Of a stretch of DNA of 64,000 nt, positions 20,158-29,854 are shown in pieces. The stretch is from Lishizhenia tianjinensis (GTDB lineage: Bacteria > Bacteroidota > Bacteroidia > Flavobacteriales_D > Crocinitomicaceae), in contig CALQIX020000002.1 in the NCBI GenBank assembly GCA_943330745.2, positions 26,909 through 90,908 of the forward strand. The letters are read 5' to 3'. Both the position numbers and the translations under genes were made by a program. A model generated the notes under the pieces. It had not been told where the DNA came from, did not search any database, and saw nothing but the letters and a program-made list of their open reading frames with translations. Every line of letters starts with the position of its first letter. Position 1 is the first letter of the stretch.

Positions 20158-21851
20158 GATTTCGTGTGATTAGAATATGTTTCAAAGTTTCCGATATATA
20201 CAATTTCACCCTTTTTAATTTCAATTATTTTATCAGAAAGAGCATGAATTTTTGGGTCTTTGGATACTATTAATGTGCTACAATGTGGAAGGGAAAATAG
20301 GGAGTCGACCACAAGCTTTTTATCGCTTTCATTTAATCCTGATGTTGGCTCCTCAAGTAAAAGTAGTTTCGGGTTTCTACTTAGGGCTCTTGCCAAAAGA
20401 ATTTTCTTTTCTATTTCAGCTGGAATTAAATATGAATCTGGATTTATTTCCGCTTCGAATTTATTAGGCATTGAATCCACAAACTCACTCATTCCTAATT
20501 GGTGGGTAATGTTTATTATTTGATCAAAAGGGATATTCGGGTCATAAAAAGATATATTTTCATGAAAGGTTCCAAAAAGTAATTTATCTTGGGCTATTAA
20601 TGTAGACGTAACTCTTCTAAGCGATTCAATCGTTAGGTTTTCGATGGGTATGTTATCAATATTAATAGTTCCTGTTTGTTTTTCATATATTCCGAGTATT
20701 AACATAAAAAGTACATTGCTCGAAACACTGGAGTCTGAAATTATACTCACTTTTTCATTCGGAACCACATCAAAAGAAATGTTTTTTAAAATCGCATTAC
20801 TAAATTCATTTGATTCATAATTCATGTTTTTAACTGTAATTTGTAGTCCTGAATTTTCGGATGTCAATTTATTCCCCTCCGCCTTGTCATCTAGAGAGAT
20901 ATCGGATACTTGACCTATTTTTTCAATTGCGGTTATTACATCATAAACTAAATCGAGGTTTAAAATGATTTTTTCTACCGATGAAAGGACAAGGACAATA
21001 ATAATTTCGGATGCCACAAATTGTCCAATATTCATTTGTTGATTAACTACTAAAACCCCTCCTAAAATCAATAGGCATAATGTAATGAGCACCTTAAAAA
21101 GCACAAGGTATTTATATTGAGTTACCAAGATTTTAAAATGATTTTTTCTAGCATCTAAATAATCATTCAGTAATGAATCCGTTTTGCGCAATTGTGATTT
21201 AGAATCAGTCATTTTAAATCCGGCCCTAGACATATTAATTTCGCTCAACCAATTTGCTATTTTGTACTTAATAGAGGATTCTTTCAAACTTGTGGAATAT
21301 CCAGCCCTTGATGTAAATCGGATCAGTAAGAACAACAAGGTTAATAAACTTAAGCCAAAAAAAATGAAGAAACTATGGTAAAAAGCCAACAAACCTAGTC
21401 CAAAAATTATCTGTAAGGAAGCAGCCATGAAATCAATCAGTAATTTGGAAATTGATTTTTGAATAGTTAATGTATCAAAAAATCGAGAACTCAATTCAGG
21501 GGAATAAAATCTTCGTATTGCTTCCATTTTAAATTGTGGAATGCGACACGAAAAATCAAATGCAGAACGCGTAAAAATGCGTTGTTGTAAATTCTCCATA
21601 ATCCTGAGTTGAAGAATATTCATGATGCCTGAAATACCAATAGCAACAACCACTAATCCAACAAGAAGAAACCACGAAGCACTTAGTTGACCTAATTGTA
21701 TAAAATTGATGATCATCTGAATTCCCAGTGGAAGACCAAGGGAGAGAACTCCACTAAAAACAGCAAACAAATAACTATTTCTAATTTCAATTTTGTCTGG
21801 TTTAAGTAAATTCCAAACACGAGTAACTATAAAATCTGGGGCTCTATTCAT
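20151..21851 (-). CDS. ABC exporter-type TMD-NBD fusion with a degenerate (probably non-catalytic) nucleotide-binding domain
   Basis: Six-TM ABC_membrane-like N-terminal half. The NBD fold is recognisable (Q-loop TLIAQDKLLF). Walker A is IISDSSVSSNV (no GK[ST]), the signature is LIPAEIEKK instead of LSGGQ, Walker B is LLLLEEPTSGL, and the H-loop is SKDPK. Confidence 0.75.
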   Translation of the reverse strand: MNRAPDFIVTRVWNLLKPDKIEIRNSYLFAVFSGVLSLGLPLGIQMIINFIQLGQLSASWFLLVGLVVVAIGISGIMNILQLRIMENLQQRIFTRSAFDFSCRIPQFKMEAIRRFYSPELSSRFFDTLTIQKSISKLLIDFMAASLQIIFGLGLLAFYHSFFIFFGLSLLTLLFLLIRFTSRAGYSTSLKESSIKYKIANWLSEINMSRAGFKMTDSKSQLRKTDSLLNDYLDARKNHFKILVTQYKYLVLFKVLITLCLLILGGVLVVNQQMNIGQFVASEIIIVLVLSSVEKIILNLDLVYDVITAIEKIGQVSDISLDDKAEGNKLTSENSGLQITVKNMNYESNEFSNAILKNISFDVVPNEKVSIISDSSVSSNVLFMLILGIYEKQTGTINIDNIPIENLTIESLRRVTSTLIAQDKLLFGTFHENISFYDPNIPFDQIINITHQLGMSEFVDSMPNKFEAEINPDSYLIPAEIEKKILLARALSRNPKLLLLEEPTSGLNESDKKLVVDSLFSLPHCSTLIVSKDPKIHALSDKIIEIKKGEIVYIGNFETYSNHTKSC

Positions 21852-22525
21852 TTTTTAATTGCTTTAAAAACTAAGTCTACATAAAAAGATTCAACCATGT
21901 CAATGCTATGATGTGAGTTTGTTAATTTGGGTAAATGATCAGCAAAAAACCGTTGTTGGTTGCTTCCTTCAATCATACTGGATACTAACATATTTGGGTA
22001 AGGATAGTTCTCGTTTATTTCTTTTATTATTTCAACAATAGAACTCACTATTGATTTATAAACAGAAAAAATACCTGATTTATTATCTGCGTCAACCTCC
22101 TTCGTAATTACAACTTTTGATGATTCATTAATTGCAAGTTGTTTTAATTTTTGTTCATTCTTCAGTAATGAATCTTTAGTGGGGTTTGGAAGACCTGTTA
22201 GCACATGAATGGCTTTTTTTAACTTTTCCTCTGGAGAATTTATATTCTTAGTTTCGAAAAGCAAGCGGGTTGCAATGCACCCCCAATACCAATTTACTAA
22301 GTACAATAAAAGTTTGTTTTTGTTTTCAAAATAACGGTAAATAGAAGCTTCAGTGGTTGCAATTTCCTTGGCTAATTTTTTAAAAGTGAAGTGCTCAAAA
22401 CCGAGTTGGTCAATTAAATTGATTGACCCATTTAGTATTTTATTTCCTAATTCAGAAGTTATCGGATCTTTAATAAACAAATGAATATTTACCGGAACCC
22501 GTATCGATTGATAAAACTGCTGCAT
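21848..22525 (-). CDS. TetR/AcrR-family transcriptional regulator
   Basis: N-terminal HTH (FTFKKLAKEIATTEASIYRYFENK). First gene of the efflux operon, with 4-nt overlaps throughout. Confidence 0.85.
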   Translation of the reverse strand: MQQFYQSIRVPVNIHLFIKDPITSELGNKILNGSINLIDQLGFEHFTFKKLAKEIATTEASIYRYFENKNKLLLYLVNWYWGCIATRLLFETKNINSPEEKLKKAIHVLTGLPNPTKDSLLKNEQKLKQLAINESSKVVITKEVDADNKSGIFSVYKSIVSSIVEIIKEINENYPYPNMLVSSMIEGSNQQRFFADHLPKLTNSHHSIDMVESFYVDLVFKAIKK

Positions 22526-22539
22526 AAAAGTAATTTATG

Positions 22540-22547
22540 CAAAATTA
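22540..22547 (-). promoter_or_regulatory. candidate -7 box of the tetR-ABC-HlyD-TolC operon
   Basis: Plus strand caaaatta equals minus-strand taattttg, 15 nt upstream of the tetR ATG. Confidence 0.45.
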
Positions 22548-22562
22548 ATAGTAATACTATTA
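22546..22562. promoter_or_regulatory. 17-bp perfect palindrome, candidate TetR operator
   Basis: taatagta-a-tactatta has 8-bp arms around one central base. It abuts and overlaps the -7 box just upstream of tetR. Confidence 0.5.
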
Positions 22563-22606
22563 TCCACGCAAGTAAAACCCTTAAATGAAGTTAAAAAACA
22601 CCTTTT

Positions 22607-23779
22607 TTACTCATTTTTCTTCCCCACAAAACGCGGTAGAATCCAAGCTCCAATAAACAAGTAAGGAAAATAAGAAATTAATCTCCAGATAACTGCCATT
22701 CCAGCAAGCAATAGTGCTGAACTGGAAAAAGAGATGAGCAATTCACCAAAAGCATACTCAGCAACTCCGCTAGCACCGGGTGTTGGGCTCACGAGCATAA
22801 ACAACCAAAGCACGAATTGTTTTCCCAAAACCAATGCATGGTCGTACAATGACAAGTTCAAAAAGGCTTGAAGTATGGAATTTATTACCAAGTAACGAGA
22901 AATCCAACTTCCGCAGGTAACTAAATAAACTTTAATCCAATTCTGGATGGGTTCTTTCCGCATTTCTGATGAAGTAGTGATAATGTCGTTTCCTGTTTGT
23001 TCTGCGGCTACTTTCCATCGTTTTAAAAAAGGGAGTGAAAATAATCCACCAAGTAATTTTTTGGATAACTGCGGCCAAACAAAAATGGCAAGGAAAAGTA
23101 ATATAGCAGCAAGTGCAATGAGTGAATATCCAGACCAAAAAACAACTTCTATTGCACCTGAGCCCCCAAAATGAGTGGGAAACAAATCCACATGATTGAT
23201 GAATAGAAAAGTAATTGGTATCATCATTACATAGAATAAGTTATCCATCATTGTCGATATTATTACAATAGCAGTTGACCTTCCCAATGCGATTTTCTCT
23301 TTATTTAAAATGAACATTGCAACCGCAGCACCACCAACAACACCCGGGGATAAGGCAGAAGCAAATTCCCATAACATGATTACTGAAAAGCTTTTTTTCC
23401 AACTTAACTGCTGATTTGTCAATAACCGTATGCGCCACATGTAAAAAAAATCACGCCCAACCATGCATATAAGCGCGATGAATAGCCAAAAAAAGGTTGC
23501 CGAAGACCAATTAATTTCAGATAAAACATCGGTAATTGATTCTATTTTGTAGTCGCCATCACTGGATAATGTAAAATCATAGGTGTTTGATTGGTCTATT
23601 ACTTGATTTTTGTTCCCATCAATCCAGCGATGTGTTCCTTCACCTTGTTTTACTTTAATAAATCGAATTTCATTTAGAGAACGATGCAACATGAATGCGG
23701 CTACCAATACCCCCAAAGCGATAGCTGTCCATATTTTCCATTTCTGTAAAGAATTTTTTATAACATCTGAATCATTCAT
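22607..23779 (-). CDS. polytopic membrane protein, lysylphosphatidylglycerol-synthase TM region / flippase-like (UPF0104) family
   Basis: About 8-10 TM segments, with the characteristic late motif SPTPGASGVAEYAF. Confidence 0.65.
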   Translation of the reverse strand: MNDSDVIKNSLQKWKIWTAIALGVLVAAFMLHRSLNEIRFIKVKQGEGTHRWIDGNKNQVIDQSNTYDFTLSSDGDYKIESITDVLSEINWSSATFFWLFIALICMVGRDFFYMWRIRLLTNQQLSWKKSFSVIMLWEFASALSPGVVGGAAVAMFILNKEKIALGRSTAIVIISTMMDNLFYVMMIPITFLFINHVDLFPTHFGGSGAIEVVFWSGYSLIALAAILLFLAIFVWPQLSKKLLGGLFSLPFLKRWKVAAEQTGNDIITTSSEMRKEPIQNWIKVYLVTCGSWISRYLVINSILQAFLNLSLYDHALVLGKQFVLWLFMLVSPTPGASGVAEYAFGELLISFSSSALLLAGMAVIWRLISYFPYLFIGAWILPRFVGKKNE

Positions 23780-25325
23780 TTTTAGGTGCTAAATCAACTT
23801 TGATCTCCCAATTTGCCCGCACTTTTGTTGGTGTAGTGAACCACATTACTTTTTCGGGAGTTGTTCTTGTTTGCATTTTCCATCCATCCCAACGATAGTT
23901 GTTATTGATATCGCGGATTACTCTAAAATTATATTCACCCGGTAACAAGTCTTTAAAATCTAATTGTTTTTTATTTCCGCTATGTTGACTTTCAATAACC
24001 TTATTGTTAAAAATAAGTTGCACCAAGTCCGTTGTGTCTAATCTTGAAACATCCACCTGCAAGACGCCTAACTCCCGATCAGAAAAGCGTGTAATCGCTG
24101 TTTTAAGTCGCGCAGATTTCAACCCTGTCTTTCCTGTAACAGCGCCTTGCTCTACAGTAAATTCAATTTCTTTTGAATCTGTTTTCACCAACTTAATTTT
24201 TAATTGATTGGCAGAAAAATCAATTTGTTCGATTTTAACAGTGTCTTTTGTTGATTTATCTAGAACGAGTATTTTGCTTGAATCAACCGCAGTGATAATA
24301 TCTGAAATTTCAAATACGAAAGAACTATTCATCTTAACCCAATTTGCATTACTTTTTATCTTTAGCGATTTAATTTCCTCACTATTGGAAACAATTTTAA
24401 TAGAATCCAAAGATCCATTTTCGGGTTGAAAAAACAACTTTGTACTCGGGGTTTTTATCGAGTTAAAAGGAAGCAACAAACTATCTTTACCCACCCAAAT
24501 AAGTTCATCATTTTTGATTAAAGTTTCATTTTGGAAATAAAACGCATCGTTTACTGTATGGGTGTTCAGCGCAACACTAACTAATCCGGGCTCGATAAAG
24601 GCAGCACTTCGAATTGGTTTTTCAAATTCAGTTATTGCTAGCCGAAGCGGAATCGTATCAGTTATACTATCTTTGATTACTAATTCTTCTGTTCGAAAAG
24701 CAACGCGCTCGGTTGAATCGTATTTACCGTTGCTATTTGCATCCTCCCAAGACATTGCGGCATATTTTCCCGGCTTGATGAATGAAAACACGGCCGTTCC
24801 TTGATCATTTGTTTTTTGCAAGTATTTGGGAGTTTTGTTCAGTGTGTCAAATAGTCCTAAAAACAGTCTTTTTACCGGCCGAGCAGTAAAGGCATCAACT
24901 ACCTTTGTACTATAATAGGAGGAGTCTAATGTGTTTCCAGTAGAAAAAACAAAGACCATTAACGAATCATTTCCTTCATTGATATCTTTAATGGCGCTAT
25001 TAAAAAGCAATTGATAAGTAGTATTTGCTTGAAGTGAATCTAGAAATTCAACCCGTAATTTTTTGCCGATATTGGTCGATTTTATTCGCGCATGATTTGG
25101 GGCGATGGATATGGTTGTTTGTGGATTCGATAACTGGAAATACTCATCGAATTGAAATTCTATGGTGTTTTTATTGAAATTAGTTGATCCATTTTTTATA
25201 GTAGATTGAATTATTTGCGGTGCTGTGGTATCTTTTGCTCCACCGTCAATCGTTCCGAGTTGCGCACAACTAAGTAGAAGAGTGCATAATCCAAAAATTA
25301 TAATACTGTACCTAGCCAATCGCAT
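23772..25325 (-). CDS. lipoprotein with N-terminal bacterial Ig-like (SbsA/Big_5-type) domain
   Basis: Lipobox LLLSC, followed by DTTAPQIIQSTIKNGSTNF...FQFDEYF, typical of Big_5 domains. Confidence 0.6.
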   Translation of the reverse strand: MRLARYSIIIFGLCTLLLSCAQLGTIDGGAKDTTAPQIIQSTIKNGSTNFNKNTIEFQFDEYFQLSNPQTTISIAPNHARIKSTNIGKKLRVEFLDSLQANTTYQLLFNSAIKDINEGNDSLMVFVFSTGNTLDSSYYSTKVVDAFTARPVKRLFLGLFDTLNKTPKYLQKTNDQGTAVFSFIKPGKYAAMSWEDANSNGKYDSTERVAFRTEELVIKDSITDTIPLRLAITEFEKPIRSAAFIEPGLVSVALNTHTVNDAFYFQNETLIKNDELIWVGKDSLLLPFNSIKTPSTKLFFQPENGSLDSIKIVSNSEEIKSLKIKSNANWVKMNSSFVFEISDIITAVDSSKILVLDKSTKDTVKIEQIDFSANQLKIKLVKTDSKEIEFTVEQGAVTGKTGLKSARLKTAITRFSDRELGVLQVDVSRLDTTDLVQLIFNNKVIESQHSGNKKQLDFKDLLPGEYNFRVIRDINNNYRWDGWKMQTRTTPEKVMWFTTPTKVRANWEIKVDLAPKNE

Positions 25326-25777
25326 AATTTTTCTAAATATAAAACGTCCACTTCATCAAAGTCATTGAGCGTATCACTATCAACATCCAGAACTCCCATT
25401 ATTAAGTTATTTTTACGAATGGGAATAACAACCTCACTTTTGGACAAAGAGCTGCAAGCGATGTGTCCCGGAAACTCCTCTACATTTGGTACTAAAAGTG
25501 ATTTATTTTGATCCCATGCGGCCCCGCAAACACCTCTTCCATAAGCGATTCGAGTACAAGCAATATGACCTTGAAAAGGACCAAGCACCAATTCATTGTT
25601 TTCTACCAAATAAAACCCTACCCAAAAAAAATCAAAAAACTCTTTCAACCCTGCCGCAACATTTGCTAAATTGGCAACTGCATTTTTTTCGTCTCCAATT
25701 AAATGAACAAGTTGTTGGATTAAAGCTTCATATTGCTCTGCTTTTGTGGTTCCCGATTTCAAAAGTGATTCTGCCAT
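25298..25777 (-). CDS. GAF-domain protein (free methionine-R-sulfoxide reductase / YebR-like)
   Basis: 159-aa single GAF domain with conserved cysteines (IACTRIAYGRGVCG, HIACSS). Confidence 0.75.
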   Translation of the reverse strand: MAESLLKSGTTKAEQYEALIQQLVHLIGDEKNAVANLANVAAGLKEFFDFFWVGFYLVENNELVLGPFQGHIACTRIAYGRGVCGAAWDQNKSLLVPNVEEFPGHIACSSLSKSEVVIPIRKNNLIMGVLDVDSDTLNDFDEVDVLYLEKLCDWLGTVL

Positions 25778-25778
25778 A

Positions 25779-26564
25779 TTAAATACTCTTAAGAAACGTT
25801 TCTAAGCGCTCATTCGGCACGAAAAAGTAATCTCCCGATTCTTTCTGATTTCCTTTTTCTTGAATAAATTGGTAGTTATGGATTCCAAATTGTATATAGC
25901 CATTTCGATCGAACAGCGCCAACATATTTTCTCTGTTTTCATCTCCAATTTCGAGTTGCACAAATGGTTTGTGTTTAGCGATCAGGAGTTCTAATTCTTG
26001 AAAAACCACCCATTCATACCCTTCAATGTCGCACTTTATGTAATCTATTTTTTCCAGATTCCCTAATAATTCAGACCCTCTAACAATGGCGACTTCTTGA
26101 TTTTGATATTTTTCAAGCTCGGCATCATTTTGCGCTACATGTGGCAAACCCGTTCGGATCATTCCATCATCTGTGGGCAGTACCATAATCGCTTTCCCTT
26201 CTTCTGAACCAAGCGCTACATTGTGGACTGTAACATGCTTGTATTTCCTGACCAATATAGAAAGCACGTCGTAAAATAAAGGAATCGGCTCAATGGAAAC
26301 TACCTTTCCTTGTGGGGTTAATCGCGCAAAATTTTTGGAAAAATAGCCCAGATTTGCACCAATGTCAACGACGGTAAAATCGGGTTGAATTACTTTTTTT
26401 ATCAAATAGTGGTATTTAAATGCAGGTTTTCCTTTAAGGACATTCCAATCGTACATCCAATAAAAAACAACCTGTAAGACTTGTAAATATTGTTTTGGAC
26501 TAAGGATTTTATACAATAAGCGTTTAACTAATTTCATGAAATGAATTGAATAACGAAGGTACAA
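25779..26564 (-). CDS. FkbM-family SAM-dependent methyltransferase
   Basis: SAM motif VVDIGANLGYFS and an FkbM-type C-terminal half. The track start is TTG; an in-frame ATG at 26537 (MKLVKRLL...) is an alternative. Confidence 0.75.
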   Translation of the reverse strand: MYLRYSIHFMKLVKRLLYKILSPKQYLQVLQVVFYWMYDWNVLKGKPAFKYHYLIKKVIQPDFTVVDIGANLGYFSKNFARLTPQGKVVSIEPIPLFYDVLSILVRKYKHVTVHNVALGSEEGKAIMVLPTDDGMIRTGLPHVAQNDAELEKYQNQEVAIVRGSELLGNLEKIDYIKCDIEGYEWVVFQELELLIAKHKPFVQLEIGDENRENMLALFDRNGYIQFGIHNYQFIQEKGNQKESGDYFFVPNERLETFLKSI

Positions 26565-26616
26565 TATTTATTGAAGAATACTTAATACAGTTGTGAGTTG
26601 TTTACCTCACTTAGTG

Positions 26617-26967
26617 CTATATTTTAAGTTCTTCTTCCGGATCCCAAAAATGCAATTTGAAATCAATGATTTGGTCAGCAACGACTTTCAACCCGTCTTT
26701 TTCTAGGCTCTTTTGCATGTCGTCTGGTGAAGAAAAGTGCATTTTTCCAGTCAAAAGTCCATTTCTATTCACTACCCTATGAGCAGGAATTTCCGGTTGA
26801 TTATGACAAGCATTCATAGCCCAACCTACCATTCGCGAAGATTTTTTTGCGCCTAAATAATTTGCAATTGCACCATAAGATGTTACCCTACCTTTAGGAA
26901 TTTCTTTCACAACGGCATAAACTTGCTCAAAGAAATCTTTACTAGTATCAGATAAACGACTAATCAT
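26617..26967 (-). CDS. alkyltransferase-like (ATL) protein of the MGMT DNA-binding-domain family, lacking the acceptor cysteine
   Basis: 116 aa with a winged-helix MGMT C-domain. The PCHRV active-site motif reads IPAHRVV (Cys replaced by Ala). Confidence 0.8.
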   Translation of the reverse strand: MISRLSDTSKDFFEQVYAVVKEIPKGRVTSYGAIANYLGAKKSSRMVGWAMNACHNQPEIPAHRVVNRNGLLTGKMHFSSPDDMQKSLEKDGLKVVADQIIDFKLHFWDPEEELKI

Positions 26968-27166
26968 AACTCAAATATAGTAAGGCTGTTAAAAAATGAA
27001 TAGGAAAAAATGAGATAAATTAACCTTTTCACCAATAGAATTTTCATTTGAGACTATTGAATTACTGAATGGAGCATTCTTTTTTTTAAAATTGATTTGT
27101 TTTCGTTAATTTTTTTTATCTTCATAGACTTCATGATAAAAAGAGTGTCAATAAGTTAAATTCAAT

Positions 27167-29794
27167 ATGAAAATTTTAAAAATTCAAGCCCTTCGTGGCC
27201 CCAATATTTGGAGCGTATCCAGAAAAAAATTAATTCAAATGCGCTTAGATTTAGAGGATTTGGAACAAAGACCTACTAATTTAATTGATGGATTTCGGGA
27301 CCGAATTGAAAAAATGTTCCCTACAATGATTGAACATCGTTGTTCTGAAGGTGAAAGGGGTGGTTTTTTTCACCGAGTTGAACGTGGTACATGGATGGGG
27401 CATGTTATTGAACACATTGCTCTGGAAATTCAGACTCTTGCTGGAATGGATGTTGGATACGGTCGAACCAGAGAAACCAAAACTCCAGGGGTTTATAATG
27501 TGGTCTTTAATTACATTGAAGAAAAAGTTGGGGAGTATGCCGCGGAATCTGCTGTTCGAATCGCGGAAGCATTAATTGCTGGTGAATCATACGATTTGAA
27601 TGTGGACATTCAAAAAATGAGAGAAATCCGCGAAGATGTTCGTTTGGGTCCAAGCACTGGTAGTATTGTTGAGGAGGCCGTTGCTCGCGATATTCCTTGG
27701 ATTCGCCTGGGCACAAATTCCTTGGTTCAACTGGGCTATGGGATTAATCAAATGCGCTTTCAAGCAACGATCACTTGTAAGACGAGTAATATTGCCGTTG
27801 ATATTGCGTGTAATAAGGAAGAAACAAAACGCATGTTGTCGGCCGCCTCAATTCCGGTTGCAAGTGGGTCAATATGCGTTGATGAGGAAGATTTGGAAGC
27901 AACAATAAAAAAGATTAATTACCCGATTGTTATTAAACCGCTGGACGGAAATCATGGTAAAGGAGCTTCCATCAATGTGATGAATTGGGAAGATGCGGTG
28001 GAAGGATTGGCTCATGCTAAAAAATATTCACGAAGAGTGATAGTTGAGAAGTTTATTACCGGTTTTGACTTTCGAATTCTTGTGATAGATAATAAGGTGG
28101 TTGCAGCCGCTCAACGAGTTCCTGCTCATGTAATTGGGGATGGTAACTCATCCATTCAAGAATTAATTGATGAAACGAACAAGGACTCTCGTCGAGGATA
28201 TGGTCACGAAAACGTATTGACTGAAATCACAGTCGATAGAGACACCACTGAGTTGCTCGAAAAATTGGGTTATACTGTGGAAACAGTCCTTCAAAAAGAG
28301 GAGGTTGTTTATTTAAAATCAACAGCAAATTTGAGTACGGGTGGAACATCGATTGATGTGACGGATATGATGCATCCTGAAAATATTTTCATGGCCGAAC
28401 GTATTTCACGTGTCATTGGACTTGATGTGTGTGGAATTGATATCATGGCTCAAAACCTAACAGAATCTTTGAAAGAAAATGGAGGGGTGATACTCGAAGT
28501 AAATGCCGCGCCAGGATTCAGGATGCATTTAGCTCCTTCTGTCGGATTACCTCGAAATGTGGCTGCGCCCGTTATTGATATGTTATATCCCCCCGGAAAA
28601 CCTTCACGCATTCCAATTATAGCAGTTACTGGAACAAATGGTAAAACAACCACAACACGTTTATTGTCCCATATCGTAAAAAATAATGGGTTTAAAGTAG
28701 GTTTTACTACTTCAGATGGGATTTATATTCAAAATCACATGATGGAAAAAGGAGATACAACTGGCCCAATAAGTGCAGAATATATTTTGAAAGACCCTGC
28801 TGTTGATTTCGCAGTATTGGAAACGGCTAGAGGAGGTATTATACGAGCTGGCTTAGGATTTTCTCGCTGCGACATTGGAATTATCACCAATATCCAAGAA
28901 GATCATTTAGGCATAAGCGACATTCATGACTTGGATGATTTGGCGCGCGTAAAGGCCGTTGTTGTTCATAGCATTAAAAAAGATGGATGGGCGGTTCTAA
29001 ATGCAGAAGATGAAAAATGTGTTGAAATCGCAAAATCTTTGAGTTGCAATGTTGCATTTTTCAGTTTGGATGAGAACAACCCAGTTATTTCGGATCACTG
29101 CAATAAAGGAGGGATTGCTGCGATTGCCGAAAATGGATTTATTACGATTAAAAAAGGCGATTGGAAAATTAGGGTTGAACGCATTACTCAAGTACCGTTG
29201 ACTGTTAATGGAAAGGCAAAATTCATGATTGCCAATGCATTAGCCGCAACTTTAGCTTCCTATTTATGGGGTTTCAAAACAGAAGACATAAAATTATCCT
29301 TAAACACTTTTTTACCGAGTGCTGCTCAAACACCAGGCAGATTGAATATTTTCGAATTTTCTAAATTCAAGGTAATGATTGATTTTGCACACAACCCAAG
29401 TGGTTATCGTGGAATCGAAGATTTCCTTCAATCAGTGGATGCCACACGAAAAATTGGAATTATTTCAGGCGTTGGTGATAGAAGAGATGAAGACATTAAA
29501 GAGTGTGCTCGAATCGCCGCTCGAATGTTTGACCATATAATTATCAGGCAAGAAAAACACCTTCGTGGCAGAACCGAGGATGAGATAATTAACCTCATTT
29601 TAGATGGAATCAAAGAAACCGATTCGTCCGTGACCTATGAGGTTATTACACTTGAAGTTGAAGCAATTAAACACGCAATATCATTGGCAGAAGAAGGAAC
29701 ATTTATCACAGCCTTGAGTGATGTGATTGATAACGCAATTGATATTGTGCAAAAGTATTTGGATACTGAAATAGAACAAGTGGCTTTATCTTAA
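27167..29794 (+). CDS. cphA: cyanophycin synthetase
   Basis: 875 aa. The N-terminus MKILKIQALRGPNIWS...GTWMGHVIEHIALEIQ, a central ATP-grasp domain and a C-terminal Mur-ligase-like domain (VTGTNGKTTT) match the CphA architecture. Confidence 0.93.
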   Translation: MKILKIQALRGPNIWSVSRKKLIQMRLDLEDLEQRPTNLIDGFRDRIEKMFPTMIEHRCSEGERGGFFHRVERGTWMGHVIEHIALEIQTLAGMDVGYGRTRETKTPGVYNVVFNYIEEKVGEYAAESAVRIAEALIAGESYDLNVDIQKMREIREDVRLGPSTGSIVEEAVARDIPWIRLGTNSLVQLGYGINQMRFQATITCKTSNIAVDIACNKEETKRMLSAASIPVASGSICVDEEDLEATIKKINYPIVIKPLDGNHGKGASINVMNWEDAVEGLAHAKKYSRRVIVEKFITGFDFRILVIDNKVVAAAQRVPAHVIGDGNSSIQELIDETNKDSRRGYGHENVLTEITVDRDTTELLEKLGYTVETVLQKEEVVYLKSTANLSTGGTSIDVTDMMHPENIFMAERISRVIGLDVCGIDIMAQNLTESLKENGGVILEVNAAPGFRMHLAPSVGLPRNVAAPVIDMLYPPGKPSRIPIIAVTGTNGKTTTTRLLSHIVKNNGFKVGFTTSDGIYIQNHMMEKGDTTGPISAEYILKDPAVDFAVLETARGGIIRAGLGFSRCDIGIITNIQEDHLGISDIHDLDDLARVKAVVVHSIKKDGWAVLNAEDEKCVEIAKSLSCNVAFFSLDENNPVISDHCNKGGIAAIAENGFITIKKGDWKIRVERITQVPLTVNGKAKFMIANALAATLASYLWGFKTEDIKLSLNTFLPSAAQTPGRLNIFEFSKFKVMIDFAHNPSGYRGIEDFLQSVDATRKIGIISGVGDRRDEDIKECARIAARMFDHIIIRQEKHLRGRTEDEIINLILDGIKETDSSVTYEVITLEVEAIKHAISLAEEGTFITALSDVIDNAIDIVQKYLDTEIEQVALS

Positions 29795-29854
29795 TTAAAG
29801 GTGTAACAAAATTTCAGGTTTGGGTTTTAGTGTAATAACCTTAAAATCAGCACC

